Below, one piece after another: positions 8,248 through 18,205 of a stretch of DNA of 32,000 nt. Below the pieces are notes generated by a model. It was given only the letters and a program-made list of their open reading frames with translations. It was not told where the DNA came from and made no database searches. The DNA is from an archaeon. Its GTDB lineage: Archaea > Nanobdellota > Nanobdellia > SCGC-AAA011-G17 > GW2011-AR18. The number at the start of each line of letters is the position of its first letter. Position 1 is the first letter of the stretch. The position numbers and the translations under genes are program-made. The DNA lies in the NCBI GenBank assembly GCA_023245565.1, contig JAHFKB010000007.1, positions 2,379 to 34,378 of the forward strand. The letters run 5' to 3'.

Positions 8248-10881
8248 ATGGATAAAGAATTTGAAATTAGAAAAGAGAAGATTTTTAAGTTTTTGAAAAA
8301 CCATAAAGATTGGATTCAGTATATTTTATTATTTATTATTTTATCTCTGGCTGTTTATATTAGAATTCAAAATCTAGAATTGTTAAAAGATGTTACAACT
8401 GGGGAATATATTTCTTTGGAATTAGATTCTACTTTATTTTTAAGATATGCTCAATATATTGTAGATCATGGTAAATTATTTACTCTTGATACAATGAGAA
8501 ATTTTCCTGTTGGTGCAGATATTAGTGGTATTGGTATATTTACTTCTTATTTTGTCGCGTATTTATATAAATTTTTACATATTTTTATTTCTTCTATAAC
8601 CATTCAATATGTAGATATTATTTATCCAATATTTGCTACAGTTATTGGTTCTATATTTTTATTTTTATTAGTTAGAAGACTCTTTGATTATAGGGTTGGT
8701 TTATTATCTGTTTTATTTTTAGTTACTGCACCAACTTTTTTATTTAGAAGTATATCTTCTGATCATGATATATTAGGATTAATGTTTATATTTATGACGC
8801 TTTATTTCTTTATTGTTGGCTGGCATTGTAAAAAGATTAAAAATAATATTATATTTGGATTATTAGCAGCATTTACTAGTGTTCTTGCTTATAGTACTGC
8901 AGGAAATGTTAGAATATTTTTTGTAATGCTTGCTTTGTTTACTTTATTTCATGTTACATTAGATTCAGTTAAAAAAAGTGATTTATATGTATATCCTGTT
9001 TGGTATTTAGGGACTTTTATAACACTTATAATTTTAGGAAGAATTGATTTTAAATTTCTTTTATTAGATTATGGTGTTGCTTTACCAGCTACTTTAGCTT
9101 TCTTTAGTTTGATTGTTTATATTATATTTAAAAATAAAAATATTAGTAATTATTTGTCTTCTAATAAATTTATTTCTAAAATTCCTCGTGGATTTCTTGT
9201 ATTATTTTTAGTTTTTTTTATAGGTTTTTTATTTTTACTTATATTTTTTGGATTTTCCTTGATTTCTTATATAATCTCTAGTTTTATGACTTTATTTTCT
9301 TCAGGTTTATATGTTAATCGTTGGGCTTCTACAGTGGCTGAGAATAAAAGAGTATTTGTTGATGATTGGATAGGAAATTTTGGTTTAATTTTATTTTGGT
9401 CTTTTATAATTGGTTTAGTCTTATTAATATATAATTTATTTAAAGATATTAAAGATGGTAAGAATTTGTTTTATGTTTATTCAGTTTGCATACTTGCTTT
9501 TATATTTTCTAAATATTCTCAAAATTCTATATTAAATGGTTTATCTACATTATCTAAATTTTTATTTTTTGGATCAATTCTTATTATGATTATTTATACT
9601 CTTTATTATTATTTTACAAATTATTATCAATATAAAGAACAAGGTAAACATTTTACTATGGATCTTAATTGGAGATATACTTTTCTTTTAATTATAGCTC
9701 TTGTTAATGTTATTATAGGAACTACTGCTATAAGATTATTTTTTGAATTAGCACCATTTGTAGTAATATTTTCTTCTTTTACATTTATTTTTATTTTAGA
9801 TTATTTTTTATCTCTTAAATTAAAATATGTTAATTATATTGCTGTATTATTTTTGTTCTTGTTTTTGTTTAGTCCTTTTTCTTTTGCTAAAGGAATTGTA
9901 TATACTGATGCTGTTAATTCATATAATTCTGTGAAATTTAGTGGTCCAGGTTATAATCAACAGTGGCAAGTAGCAGGTAAATGGGTAAGAGATAATACTC
10001 CTAAAGGTGCTGTTTTTAATCATTGGTGGGATTATGGTTATTGGGTGCAGTCTGGTTTTGAAAGACCAACTGTAACAGATGGTGGTAATTTATTTGGATG
10101 GTGGAATTATTTAACTGGAAGACATGTATTAACTACACCTAATGATGAGACTGCTATGAAGTTTTTTTATGCTCATAATGTAAGTTATTTGTTAATTGTT
10201 AGTGATGAGATAGGAAAATATCCTGCTTATTCTTTAATAGGTTCTGATAAAAGTCTTGATAGATATTCTTTTGTTAATTTTATGGGTTTAAATCCTACTT
10301 TAACTAAAGATACTAGAAATGGTACTTTGTTAGTTTATACTGGAAATTATCCTTTAGATGAGGATTTAATATTACAAGGGAAAATTTATCCCAAAGGAAC
10401 ACCTATTTTAGGAGTTGTTCTTCCTGCTCAACCAATTTATAATGATAAGAGTGAAGTTATAGGAAATAATATAATGCAGCCTATGATAATTTTAGGCACA
10501 CAAGATGGACAAATACAATTACGTATGAAATGTGTTTATATTGATAGATTATATAATTTTGAATCTTATGATTATGGCGGTTGTATTAGGATTATACCAA
10601 ATATACAAAATGGTCAAGTTAGTAATGTTGGGGCTTTAGTATTTCTTTCTAAAAGAGTTGCTGATTCACTATTTGGAAGATATTATTTATTAGAAGAAAA
10701 AAATAAAAATATAGAACTAGTTTATACTGATGAGAAGAGTTTTCCTTTAGCTATATATAATGGCCGTGGGATCGGTCCTATAAAAATTTGGAAGATTAAT
10801 TACTCAAAAGGATTTAGTGTAAATAAAACTGAATATGATTATTTTACCTCTACTGGTTATTTAGACTATGGTGCTGTTTGA
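8248..10881 (+). CDS. aglB: Archaeal oligosaccharyltransferase AglB (STT3 family)
   Basis: 877 aa with a large polytopic N-terminal half and a soluble C-terminal half. Canonical 'WWDYG' lies in 'NHWWDYGYWVQ' (nt 10024..10038). It starts 1 nt after the SpoIIM-like stop. Confidence 0.9.
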   Translation: MDKEFEIRKEKIFKFLKNHKDWIQYILLFIILSLAVYIRIQNLELLKDVTTGEYISLELDSTLFLRYAQYIVDHGKLFTLDTMRNFPVGADISGIGIFTSYFVAYLYKFLHIFISSITIQYVDIIYPIFATVIGSIFLFLLVRRLFDYRVGLLSVLFLVTAPTFLFRSISSDHDILGLMFIFMTLYFFIVGWHCKKIKNNIIFGLLAAFTSVLAYSTAGNVRIFFVMLALFTLFHVTLDSVKKSDLYVYPVWYLGTFITLIILGRIDFKFLLLDYGVALPATLAFFSLIVYIIFKNKNISNYLSSNKFISKIPRGFLVLFLVFFIGFLFLLIFFGFSLISYIISSFMTLFSSGLYVNRWASTVAENKRVFVDDWIGNFGLILFWSFIIGLVLLIYNLFKDIKDGKNLFYVYSVCILAFIFSKYSQNSILNGLSTLSKFLFFGSILIMIIYTLYYYFTNYYQYKEQGKHFTMDLNWRYTFLLIIALVNVIIGTTAIRLFFELAPFVVIFSSFTFIFILDYFLSLKLKYVNYIAVLFLFLFLFSPFSFAKGIVYTDAVNSYNSVKFSGPGYNQQWQVAGKWVRDNTPKGAVFNHWWDYGYWVQSGFERPTVTDGGNLFGWWNYLTGRHVLTTPNDETAMKFFYAHNVSYLLIVSDEIGKYPAYSLIGSDKSLDRYSFVNFMGLNPTLTKDTRNGTLLVYTGNYPLDEDLILQGKIYPKGTPILGVVLPAQPIYNDKSEVIGNNIMQPMIILGTQDGQIQLRMKCVYIDRLYNFESYDYGGCIRIIPNIQNGQVSNVGALVFLSKRVADSLFGRYYLLEEKNKNIELVYTDEKSFPLAIYNGRGIGPIKIWKINYSKGFSVNKTEYDYFTSTGYLDYGAV

Positions 10882-10919
10882 TTCATTAATTTTATAAATT
10901 AATTAATTTTCTTTATTTT

Positions 10920-12398
10920 GTGAAAACTATTAATGATAAGTGGTTATATTTTCCTATAGTTATTTTATTTATTTATTTTATCTATAGATTGATAGATCAG
11001 TCTCAAATTATCTATTATTTTCCTTTTGATTATATTAATGACGTTAGTTCTTATATGGCACAATTGCATTTTTTAAAAGTATGTGGTTTTCATAATTATT
11101 GTCCTTATTGGTATAATGGATTTATTGCTTTTAATTTTACTTCACCAGCTTTGTTTTTCTTTGCTTTGCCTTTTTATTATTTATTTGGAGATGTAAAAAT
11201 TGCTTTGTATACTACTACTATAATCTCTTTTATTTTAGGATTTTTATTTATTTATTTTTTAGGAAATAAATTGAGTTTATCTAAAATGCAGAGAATTGCC
11301 TTTTTTATTTTCTTTTTTGGAACTGCAAATTCAATTGGTAATTTTATTAGGTTGGGAAGAGCACATGAATTATTTGCTTGGGTTTGGTTTATTCCCTTTG
11401 CTTTTTTAATGATTCATTATATGAATAAAAATTTAGATAGATATTCTTTATTTATTATCCCTCTTTATAGTTTAGTTATTTTTTCTTATTTGAGTGTTGG
11501 AGTTCTAGCTTCTTTATTATTTCTAGGTTTATTTTTAGTTAAAAATAAAAAAGAGAAATTATATGTTATTTTATATTTTATTGCTTCTTTATTATTAATT
11601 TCTTTTTGGTTTATTCCCTTTGCTTTGAATGTTTTTAAATCTAGTAGTATTCCTTCTATGTTACAAGGAAATTGGATATTGGATTTTAGTACTAATTTAT
11701 TATTTAGTCATATTGCTATTTTTTTACTTCCTATAATATTCTTTACTTTGTTTTATTTTTATTGGAGATCTGTTAATAAAGATAAGAAGGTATTATATTT
11801 TTATTCTCCAGTTTTGATTTTATCTTTAATTTTATTTTTAAGGTTAATTCCATTTGTTCCTGTATTTAGAAATATATTTCCAGATCCATATATAACTTTC
11901 TTTTTGTTTTTTTCAATATTATTTTTTTTAGGAATTGATTATAGGTTATTTGTTAGACTTAGTAAATTTATTCCCTTTTTACTGATAATATTATCTTTAA
12001 TTAGTATTTCTGTTAATTTAATTCATACTCCTAATTTTGTTATTCCTGATAAAAATTTAAAATTTGATTTAGATGGTTTATTTTCTGAATTTAATGGAAG
12101 TTTCTTGTTATATGGTAATTATCCTATAACTTTATATGAAAAAGCAGTTTATTCTTATGCACCAATTTATTATAATCTGTCTACTCCTTTTGGTTGGTAT
12201 CCTGAAGTTAAAGATCCTAATTATATTAAGAAATTTTCTGAAATTGATTTAACTAATTGTGATAATTTTAAAAGAGATTTAAAATACTTTAATACAACAC
12301 ATGTAATTGGTTATACTGATTTTTGTGATAAAATTAATTCGTGTAGTTTTAAATTTATTGATAAAAGGAATGACTTTTGTTTGTATAAAATTAACTAA
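10920..12398 (+). CDS. Polytopic membrane protein of unknown function (possible GT-C-like enzyme)
   Basis: 492-aa ORF with a GTG start and more than 10 hydrophobic spans, followed by a soluble C-terminal domain of about 120 aa. That architecture resembles GT-C enzymes, but I found no WWDYG or clear D-E first-loop motif. It lies 38 nt downstream of aglB on the same strand. Confidence 0.5.
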   Translation: MKTINDKWLYFPIVILFIYFIYRLIDQSQIIYYFPFDYINDVSSYMAQLHFLKVCGFHNYCPYWYNGFIAFNFTSPALFFFALPFYYLFGDVKIALYTTTIISFILGFLFIYFLGNKLSLSKMQRIAFFIFFFGTANSIGNFIRLGRAHELFAWVWFIPFAFLMIHYMNKNLDRYSLFIIPLYSLVIFSYLSVGVLASLLFLGLFLVKNKKEKLYVILYFIASLLLISFWFIPFALNVFKSSSIPSMLQGNWILDFSTNLLFSHIAIFLLPIIFFTLFYFYWRSVNKDKKVLYFYSPVLILSLILFLRLIPFVPVFRNIFPDPYITFFLFFSILFFLGIDYRLFVRLSKFIPFLLIILSLISISVNLIHTPNFVIPDKNLKFDLDGLFSEFNGSFLLYGNYPITLYEKAVYSYAPIYYNLSTPFGWYPEVKDPNYIKKFSEIDLTNCDNFKRDLKYFNTTHVIGYTDFCDKINSCSFKFIDKRNDFCLYKIN

Positions 12399-13087
12399 AT
12401 TAAACCCAATCTATATTTTATTATATCTATTATAAAATCAAATATTATTCTGGTTTTTACATTTGATTTTCCTTCATACCTATTTAAAACTTTTACTTCT
12501 ACTGATCCAATTTTAACTTTATTTTTTATGCATTTAATTAAAATTTCTGAATCTATAAACCATTCTTTTGATTTTAAATTTAATAGTTCATATGTTTCTT
12601 TTTTCATAACTTTTGGTTTTGCATTAATATCTTTTATATATTTAAAGAATAGGCTTGTAAATATTATATCAAATATATGAGAAACTATTTTTCTTTGGAT
12701 TGTGCCGTGTTTTTCTTTTCTTTGTCCTTTACATAATTCCACTTTAGGATGTTTTCTTAAATAGTTTAAACATGAAATAACATCTTCTGGTCTAATTTGG
12801 CCGTCACCATCAATATATCCAATGAATTTTCCTTTTGCAGTTCTTAATCCATTTATTATTCCCCAACCATATCCTTGATTTATTTTTACATAAACTCTTT
12901 TTAATCTCCTATTTTTTTTTATTAATTGTTTAATGTATTTATCTGTGTTATCTTTAGAGCCATTATTTACAATAATTATTTCATAATCAATTTTATTTTT
13001 CTGTAATTCTATTACTAAATCGTCAACAGTTTTTAATATTGTTTTACCTTCATTGTATATTGGCATTGTTATCGAAATTTCTGGCAT
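12395..13087 (-). CDS. GT2 glycosyltransferase, dolichyl-phosphate-sugar-synthase (DPM1)-like
   Basis: 230 aa. 'ITMPIYNEGKTI', 'VNNGSKDNT' and 'GYIDGDGQ' (DxD) give the GT-A fold signature. The short soluble size is typical of polyprenyl-phosphate hexose synthases. Confidence 0.8.
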   Translation of the reverse strand: MPEISITMPIYNEGKTILKTVDDLVIELQKNKIDYEIIIVNNGSKDNTDKYIKQLIKKNRRLKRVYVKINQGYGWGIINGLRTAKGKFIGYIDGDGQIRPEDVISCLNYLRKHPKVELCKGQRKEKHGTIQRKIVSHIFDIIFTSLFFKYIKDINAKPKVMKKETYELLNLKSKEWFIDSEILIKCIKNKVKIGSVEVKVLNRYEGKSNVKTRIIFDFIIDIIKYRLGLI

Positions 13088-13152
13088 ATTTTTATTAAAA
13101 AAATCCTCTATATAAAGCTTTCTTTATAATTTATAGATCTTAAATTAATTAA

Positions 13153-13160
13153 ATTTAAAT
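13153..13160 (+). promoter_or_regulatory. Putative TATA box for the nucleotidyltransferase-SDR-SDR operon
   Basis: 'atttaaat' is centred about 26 nt upstream of the ATG at 13183, inside a 95-nt divergent intergenic region. Weak evidence in AT-rich DNA. Confidence 0.25.
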
Positions 13161-13182
13161 ACCCTTTTATGACTGAGATGTT

Positions 13183-13917
13183 ATGACTCAAATGATTGTA
13201 CTGTGTGGTGGTAGAGGAGTAAGATTAAATCCCGCTACAGAAGTAATACCTAAGGCTTTAATACATGTTGCTGGAAAACCAATAATTCAACATATAGTTG
13301 AGATTTATTCTAAAAAAGGAATTAAGGATTATATTTTTTGTATAGGTTATAAAGGTGATAAAATTATAGATTTTTTTCATGCAAATAAAATTAATTTTAA
13401 TGGTTTAAATTTTGATTTTGTAGACTCTGGAGAAGAAGCTTCTATGTTAGAAAGGATTTATCAAGGATTTAATAAAATTGATGATGAAGCAATAATTACT
13501 TATGGAGATACTATTAATCCAAATCTAAATTTTGATAAATTATTAGAAGAGCATAGAACGAAAAATAGTGGCTTGACTTTAGTGAAAGCTAAAATTATGA
13601 ACCCCTTTGGAATATTAAATTATGATGATTCAGGAAGAGTTTTAACATTTAAAGAAAAACCAGTTTATGATTATTATATAGGGACTTTTGTATCTAATAA
13701 TCAGATTATGAAAAAGTATGTAACTAGTGATTTAAGACAAGCTAAAGATGCTATTGGATTAATTAAGTTTTTTGATGATGTAATAGCTCGTGGAAATGCT
13801 TATGTTCATTCTTATGAAGGCAAACAATTGACTTTTAATACAGAGTTAGAAAGAGGTTCTGTTGAAAGTGATATAATTGAGTTTTATACTTTAAATGAAG
13901 CAGAAAATGGAAGATAA
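13183..13917 (+). CDS. Sugar-1-phosphate nucleotidyltransferase (glucose-1-phosphate cytidylyltransferase-like)
   Basis: 244 aa. It has the N-terminal 'LCGGRGVRLNPATEVIPKALIHVAGKPII' (GxGxRL signature) and an 'IGYKGDKIIDFF' region resembling RfbF-type enzymes. Confidence 0.8.
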   Translation: MTQMIVLCGGRGVRLNPATEVIPKALIHVAGKPIIQHIVEIYSKKGIKDYIFCIGYKGDKIIDFFHANKINFNGLNFDFVDSGEEASMLERIYQGFNKIDDEAIITYGDTINPNLNFDKLLEEHRTKNSGLTLVKAKIMNPFGILNYDDSGRVLTFKEKPVYDYYIGTFVSNNQIMKKYVTSDLRQAKDAIGLIKFFDDVIARGNAYVHSYEGKQLTFNTELERGSVESDIIEFYTLNEAENGR

Positions 13918-14896
13918 AAGGATTTTAGTTACTGGTGGAAGTGGTTTTATACCTTCTCATTTAGTTAAAAGATTAATTTCTCAAGGAGCAGAGGTAGCTA
14001 TAATTACAAAATATAATAGTGTTTTTGATAATATAAGATTGGCAGATGTTTGGAATAAAGTTAAAATTATTGAAGCAGATATTAGGAATCAAGATTCTTT
14101 AAAACAAATAAAGAAATTTGAACCTCAGATTGTATACCATATGGCTGCTTATAATCACGTTGGAGATAGTTTTACTCATGTCTCAGAGAGTTTTGATGTA
14201 AATGCGAAAGGTACTGCAAATGTTATTGATGCATACGATGATTATGAAAAATTTATTTATATTTCAACTTCAGAGATTTATGGATTTCAAGAAAAGGTTC
14301 CATGGGCTGAAGATTTTAATCCTTCTCCTCTTTCTCCTTATTCTGTTGGAAAATATGCTGGAGAATTATATTGTAGAATGAAAATTAAAATGAATAATTC
14401 TCCCATTTCAATTATAAGACCATTTAATGCTTTTGGACCTTATCAAAGTTCTAGAGCAGTTATTCCTGAAATTATAAATAATTGTTTATTAGGAAAAGAT
14501 GTTCTAGCTACATGGGGAAAACAAACTAGAGATTTTAATTATGTAACTAATTTGATTGATGGACTTGTTCTTGCTGCTGAAAAAAAAAGCGCATTAGGCC
14601 AGATAATAAATTTAGGTAGTGATGAGGAGATTCCTATAAAAGATTTAATATTAAAAATACATCAACTTACAAATTCTAAATCCAAATTGAGAATGGGAGA
14701 TTTAGAGTATAGGCCAACCGAAATATGGAGAATGAGGGCTTCTAATCAAAAAGCAAAAGAATTACTTGGATGGACTCCTAAAATTAATTTTGAAAATGGA
14801 TTAATTAAGACTATTGAATGGTTTAAAAAATATAAAAATTTATTTGAAGATGATAATTCTTCGTTATTTAGGTTGAATAAAGATGCATACTCGTAA
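13895..14896 (+). CDS. Extended-SDR NAD-dependent sugar epimerase/dehydratase
   Basis: 333 aa. It has the Rossmann motif 'VTGGSGFIPSHL' and the catalytic 'YSVGKYAGE' (YxxxK). It overlaps the upstream gene by 23 nt. Confidence 0.85.
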   Translation: MKQKMEDKRILVTGGSGFIPSHLVKRLISQGAEVAIITKYNSVFDNIRLADVWNKVKIIEADIRNQDSLKQIKKFEPQIVYHMAAYNHVGDSFTHVSESFDVNAKGTANVIDAYDDYEKFIYISTSEIYGFQEKVPWAEDFNPSPLSPYSVGKYAGELYCRMKIKMNNSPISIIRPFNAFGPYQSSRAVIPEIINNCLLGKDVLATWGKQTRDFNYVTNLIDGLVLAAEKKSALGQIINLGSDEEIPIKDLILKIHQLTNSKSKLRMGDLEYRPTEIWRMRASNQKAKELLGWTPKINFENGLIKTIEWFKKYKNLFEDDNSSLFRLNKDAYS

Positions 14897-15734
14897 AGTT
14901 TTAATTACAGGTTCTAATGGATTTATAGGATTTGGATTTAGAGAATATTTATTGAGTAAAGGATTATCTATTATTGAATATAACGAAGACATAACAAAAC
15001 CAATAGTTTTAGATGAAAAAATTGATTTAATATATCATTTAGCTGCTAAAACTTCAGTTCAAGATTCATTAAGAGATCCTTTTCTTACAATGCAGACTAA
15101 TTTTTTAGGTACTTTCAATGTTTTGGAGTTTGCTAAGAAAAATGCTGCTAAAGTTATTTTTCCTTCTGCAGCAGGAGTTTATGAAAGGTCAAATTCTTTT
15201 TATGCTAATGAAACTGATTCTTTAAATCCTAAAAATCCATATGTAGAAAGTAAATATTTATCTGAGCAACTTTGTGATTATTATTCTAAAAATTATAATG
15301 TACAATCTATTGCTTTAAGAATATTTAATGTTTATGGTGGACGCCAAACTGGTGGTTTTTTAATACCTACTTTAATTAATGGTGCGTTAAAAGATACTAA
15401 AATAGAATTAAATTCTCCTCACTCTGTTAGAGATTATATTTATATAAAAGATGTTTATGAAGTTTTATTTAAAGCTTTAGATTATGTTCCTAAAACTGGT
15501 TTTGAAATATTTAATGTTGGCACTGGTGTTGGGATTAGTGTTGGAGAAATGGTTTCTTACATTTCTAATATTTTAGATAAACATCTAGAAGTTGTGTATA
15601 CTAATTTTAGAAAAAATGAAATTGATAAAATAATTGCAGATATAACTAAAATTAAAAATGCTTTTAATTGGAATCCTAGTTTTAATATTAATCAAGGATT
15701 AATAGCAACTATCAAAGAATTTAATAAATTCTAA
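14883..15734 (+). CDS. Extended-SDR NAD-dependent sugar epimerase/reductase
   Basis: 283 aa. It has 'ITGSNGFIGF' and 'YVESKYLSE' (YxxxK). It overlaps the upstream SDR gene by 14 nt. Confidence 0.8.
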   Translation: MHTRKVLITGSNGFIGFGFREYLLSKGLSIIEYNEDITKPIVLDEKIDLIYHLAAKTSVQDSLRDPFLTMQTNFLGTFNVLEFAKKNAAKVIFPSAAGVYERSNSFYANETDSLNPKNPYVESKYLSEQLCDYYSKNYNVQSIALRIFNVYGGRQTGGFLIPTLINGALKDTKIELNSPHSVRDYIYIKDVYEVLFKALDYVPKTGFEIFNVGTGVGISVGEMVSYISNILDKHLEVVYTNFRKNEIDKIIADITKIKNAFNWNPSFNINQGLIATIKEFNKF

Positions 15735-16308
15735 CCTTAATTACATTTGTAAATAAGTCTGCTTTTTTTAAATCTATAATATTAAAATCATTTTTTTCTA
15801 ATAAACTAATTAATTTTTTATTAAATAATTTTATTTTTATCCCATGTAATATAAAATGATACATAAAATATATTATTCCAAATAAAGATCTTCTTGGATA
15901 TAATAAAATAAATTCACAATTTTTCTTAAGATGTTTCTTAATGCTTTTTACTGCATTTTCTTGATTTTGTAAAAATTCAAATGCACCCACACATAAAACC
16001 TTATCAAACTTTTTATTTAAATTAAAATTTTCTAAGTTTGCTACTTCGCCTTTAATATTATTTTTCTTTAAATTTTCTATCATTTTTTTTGATAGATCAA
16101 TACCATAAGGTATTCCTTTAAGATCTTTTATTATTTTAGAATATAAACCAGAACCGCAACCTGCATCTAAAATTTCTTCATTTTTTTTAACGTCAAGCAT
16201 TTTTAAAATTAATTTCATTTCTTTATTTGCAAAATACCCATGAATTCCAGAAGTTCTATTTTTGTTATAAGTTTGTGCTACTGAATCAAAGTATTCATTT
16301 GCTTTCAT
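15721..16308 (-). CDS. Class I SAM-dependent methyltransferase
   Basis: 195 aa. It has motif I 'ILDAGCGSGLYS' and post-I 'GIDLS'. An ATGA start/stop overlap (16305..16308) couples it to the upstream deacetylase gene. Confidence 0.8.
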   Translation of the reverse strand: MKANEYFDSVAQTYNKNRTSGIHGYFANKEMKLILKMLDVKKNEEILDAGCGSGLYSKIIKDLKGIPYGIDLSKKMIENLKKNNIKGEVANLENFNLNKKFDKVLCVGAFEFLQNQENAVKSIKKHLKKNCEFILLYPRRSLFGIIYFMYHFILHGIKIKLFNKKLISLLEKNDFNIIDLKKADLFTNVIKVRIY

Positions 16309-17105
16309 TTTTTTAAAAATCCACTTATTGTATTAAATTCATATTTTTTATTTTTACACCAATTAATATATTCTTCTATTATTTTGATAAATTCATCACC
16401 TGTTTTTCTTAATATTAATTTTGACATATATTTTTTGTTTATTTTATTATCTATATCTATTAATTCCCAAGGATGAATATAAATATGAGTAAAATTCATA
16501 TCTAGAAAATTAATTTTTGTTAGTAATTTTTCGTAAAATAAACCAAAGTTTCTAAACCATAACCATGCCATAGGGAATCTTACTATTGGGGCAACTGATA
16601 ATGGTATTTCTTTTAGATTTTTTCCTTTAATTGTAATTTTTCTAGTTTCTGAAAGATTGTTATAATAACCTGGAATCCATGCAGGATGTAATGAACTATC
16701 ATAAATAAAACCTACTTTTTCTATTATCTCATATTTTGGTTTACTCATTTGTGGTGCTCTAAATCCTTTAACATTGAAACCTAATTTTTTCATTCCATCT
16801 AAAGATTTTTTTAAATTACTAAAGGCTTCTTTTTCACTCATTTTATTATATCTATGATTATGATTAAAACCATGAGAAGCAATTTCACAACCTAGATCTT
16901 GCAATTCTTTAACTATTCTTTTATATTTTTTTGCAAATTCATATGTTACAAAACAGGTTATTTTAATTTTATTTTTCTTAACTATATTTAAAATTTTTTT
17001 AGTTCCCTCATACCCCAATTTATACGCTTCGTCTTTATTTATTGGAATATTAAATTCTTTAGCAGGAAATTCTTCTATATCAAATGTTAATAGGATTGTT
17101 TTCAT
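16305..17105 (-). CDS. Polysaccharide deacetylase (CE4-like)
   Basis: 266 aa. It has 'LLTFDIEEF' (a variant of the TFDD metal/acid motif, as in the TxDxED subfamily) and 'ASHGFNH' (an HxxxH-type His motif). Confidence 0.7.
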   Translation of the reverse strand: MKTILLTFDIEEFPAKEFNIPINKDEAYKLGYEGTKKILNIVKKNKIKITCFVTYEFAKKYKRIVKELQDLGCEIASHGFNHNHRYNKMSEKEAFSNLKKSLDGMKKLGFNVKGFRAPQMSKPKYEIIEKVGFIYDSSLHPAWIPGYYNNLSETRKITIKGKNLKEIPLSVAPIVRFPMAWLWFRNFGLFYEKLLTKINFLDMNFTHIYIHPWELIDIDNKINKKYMSKLILRKTGDEFIKIIEEYINWCKNKKYEFNTISGFLKK

Positions 17106-17174
17106 ATAATTTGTTAATTTTTGAACTTTTTATATTCTTTTATATATTTTATGAATCTTATTATTATAGAAACC

Positions 17175-17182
17175 TTTTTAAT
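17175..17182 (+). promoter_or_regulatory. Putative TATA box for the aglH-flippase-GT2 operon
   Basis: 'tttttaat' is centred about 26 nt upstream of the ATG at 17204, inside a 98-nt divergent intergenic region. Weak evidence in AT-rich DNA. Confidence 0.25.
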
Positions 17183-17203
17183 TGATTTTTTTGTCTTTAA
17201 ATC

Positions 17204-18205
17204 ATGAATTATTTTATATTAATATATGGATTAATTAGTTTTTTTATAGTCTTATTATTAACTAGTTGGTTGATTAAATACCTGAGAAAAATTGGTTTGA
17301 TTGTTAAAGACCAGAATAAGAAAGACAAACCATTAATTCCTATTTCTGGAGGATTAACTGTATTAGCAGGAATATTTGCTGGATTATTTTCTTTTATTTT
17401 TGTTAGAACTTTTTTTGGAGATGGCTCTAATTTTATAATAAATGATCATAACTTAATGTTATTATTTGCTGGAATGACTTCTTTGTTAATAATAACTTTA
17501 GTTGGATTTTTAGATGATATTTTAATTAATAAATCTCATGATAGTTCTATAGGATTAAGACAATGGCAAAAACCCTTGATAACTTTAACTGCTGCAATTC
17601 CATTAATGGTTGTTAGTGCTGGTACAACATTTATGCACTTTCCTATTTTAGGAAGGGTTGAATTTGGAATTCTTTATCCATTATTATTAGTTCCTTTAGG
17701 AGTTGTGGGTGCTTCTAATATGGTTAATATGTTAGAAGGTTATAATGGCTTAGCTGCTAGTATGGCAATAGTTTACATTGGTATGTTAGGATTTTATGCT
17801 TATTTTAATAATAGATATTTAGCAGCTTTAATTGCTATGGTTATTTTCTTTTCTTTATTAGCATTTTATTATTATAATATGTATCCTGCTAAAATATTTC
17901 CAGGTGATTCTTTAACTTATTTACTTGGAGCTAGTATTGCAGTTATTGCTGTTTTAGGTAATATAGAAAAAGCTGCGATTATTAGTTCAATTCCATTTTT
18001 TATTGAGTTTATATTAAAAGCTAGAAGTAAATTTAAGGCACATAGTTATGGATATGAAATTAATGGAAAAATAAAAGTAGATTATGAAAAAATATATTCT
18101 TTGCCACATATATTTGCTAGAAGTGGGAAATATACAGAAAAACAAATTGTTTTCTTTATGATATTAATACAGATTTTATTTAGCTCTTTAATATGGTTTA
18201 TTTAA
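17204..18205 (+). CDS. aglH: UDP-GlcNAc:dolichyl-phosphate GlcNAc-1-phosphate transferase (MraY/WecA/ALG7 superfamily, AglH-like)
   Basis: 333 aa, about 10 TM. 'NMVNMLEGYNGL' is the archaeal version of the NxxNxxDGxDGL motif. 'FLDDILI' is a DD motif after TM3, and 'FPGDSLTYLLG' is also present. Confidence 0.75.
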   Translation: MNYFILIYGLISFFIVLLLTSWLIKYLRKIGLIVKDQNKKDKPLIPISGGLTVLAGIFAGLFSFIFVRTFFGDGSNFIINDHNLMLLFAGMTSLLIITLVGFLDDILINKSHDSSIGLRQWQKPLITLTAAIPLMVVSAGTTFMHFPILGRVEFGILYPLLLVPLGVVGASNMVNMLEGYNGLAASMAIVYIGMLGFYAYFNNRYLAALIAMVIFFSLLAFYYYNMYPAKIFPGDSLTYLLGASIAVIAVLGNIEKAAIISSIPFFIEFILKARSKFKAHSYGYEINGKIKVDYEKIYSLPHIFARSGKYTEKQIVFFMILIQILFSSLIWFI

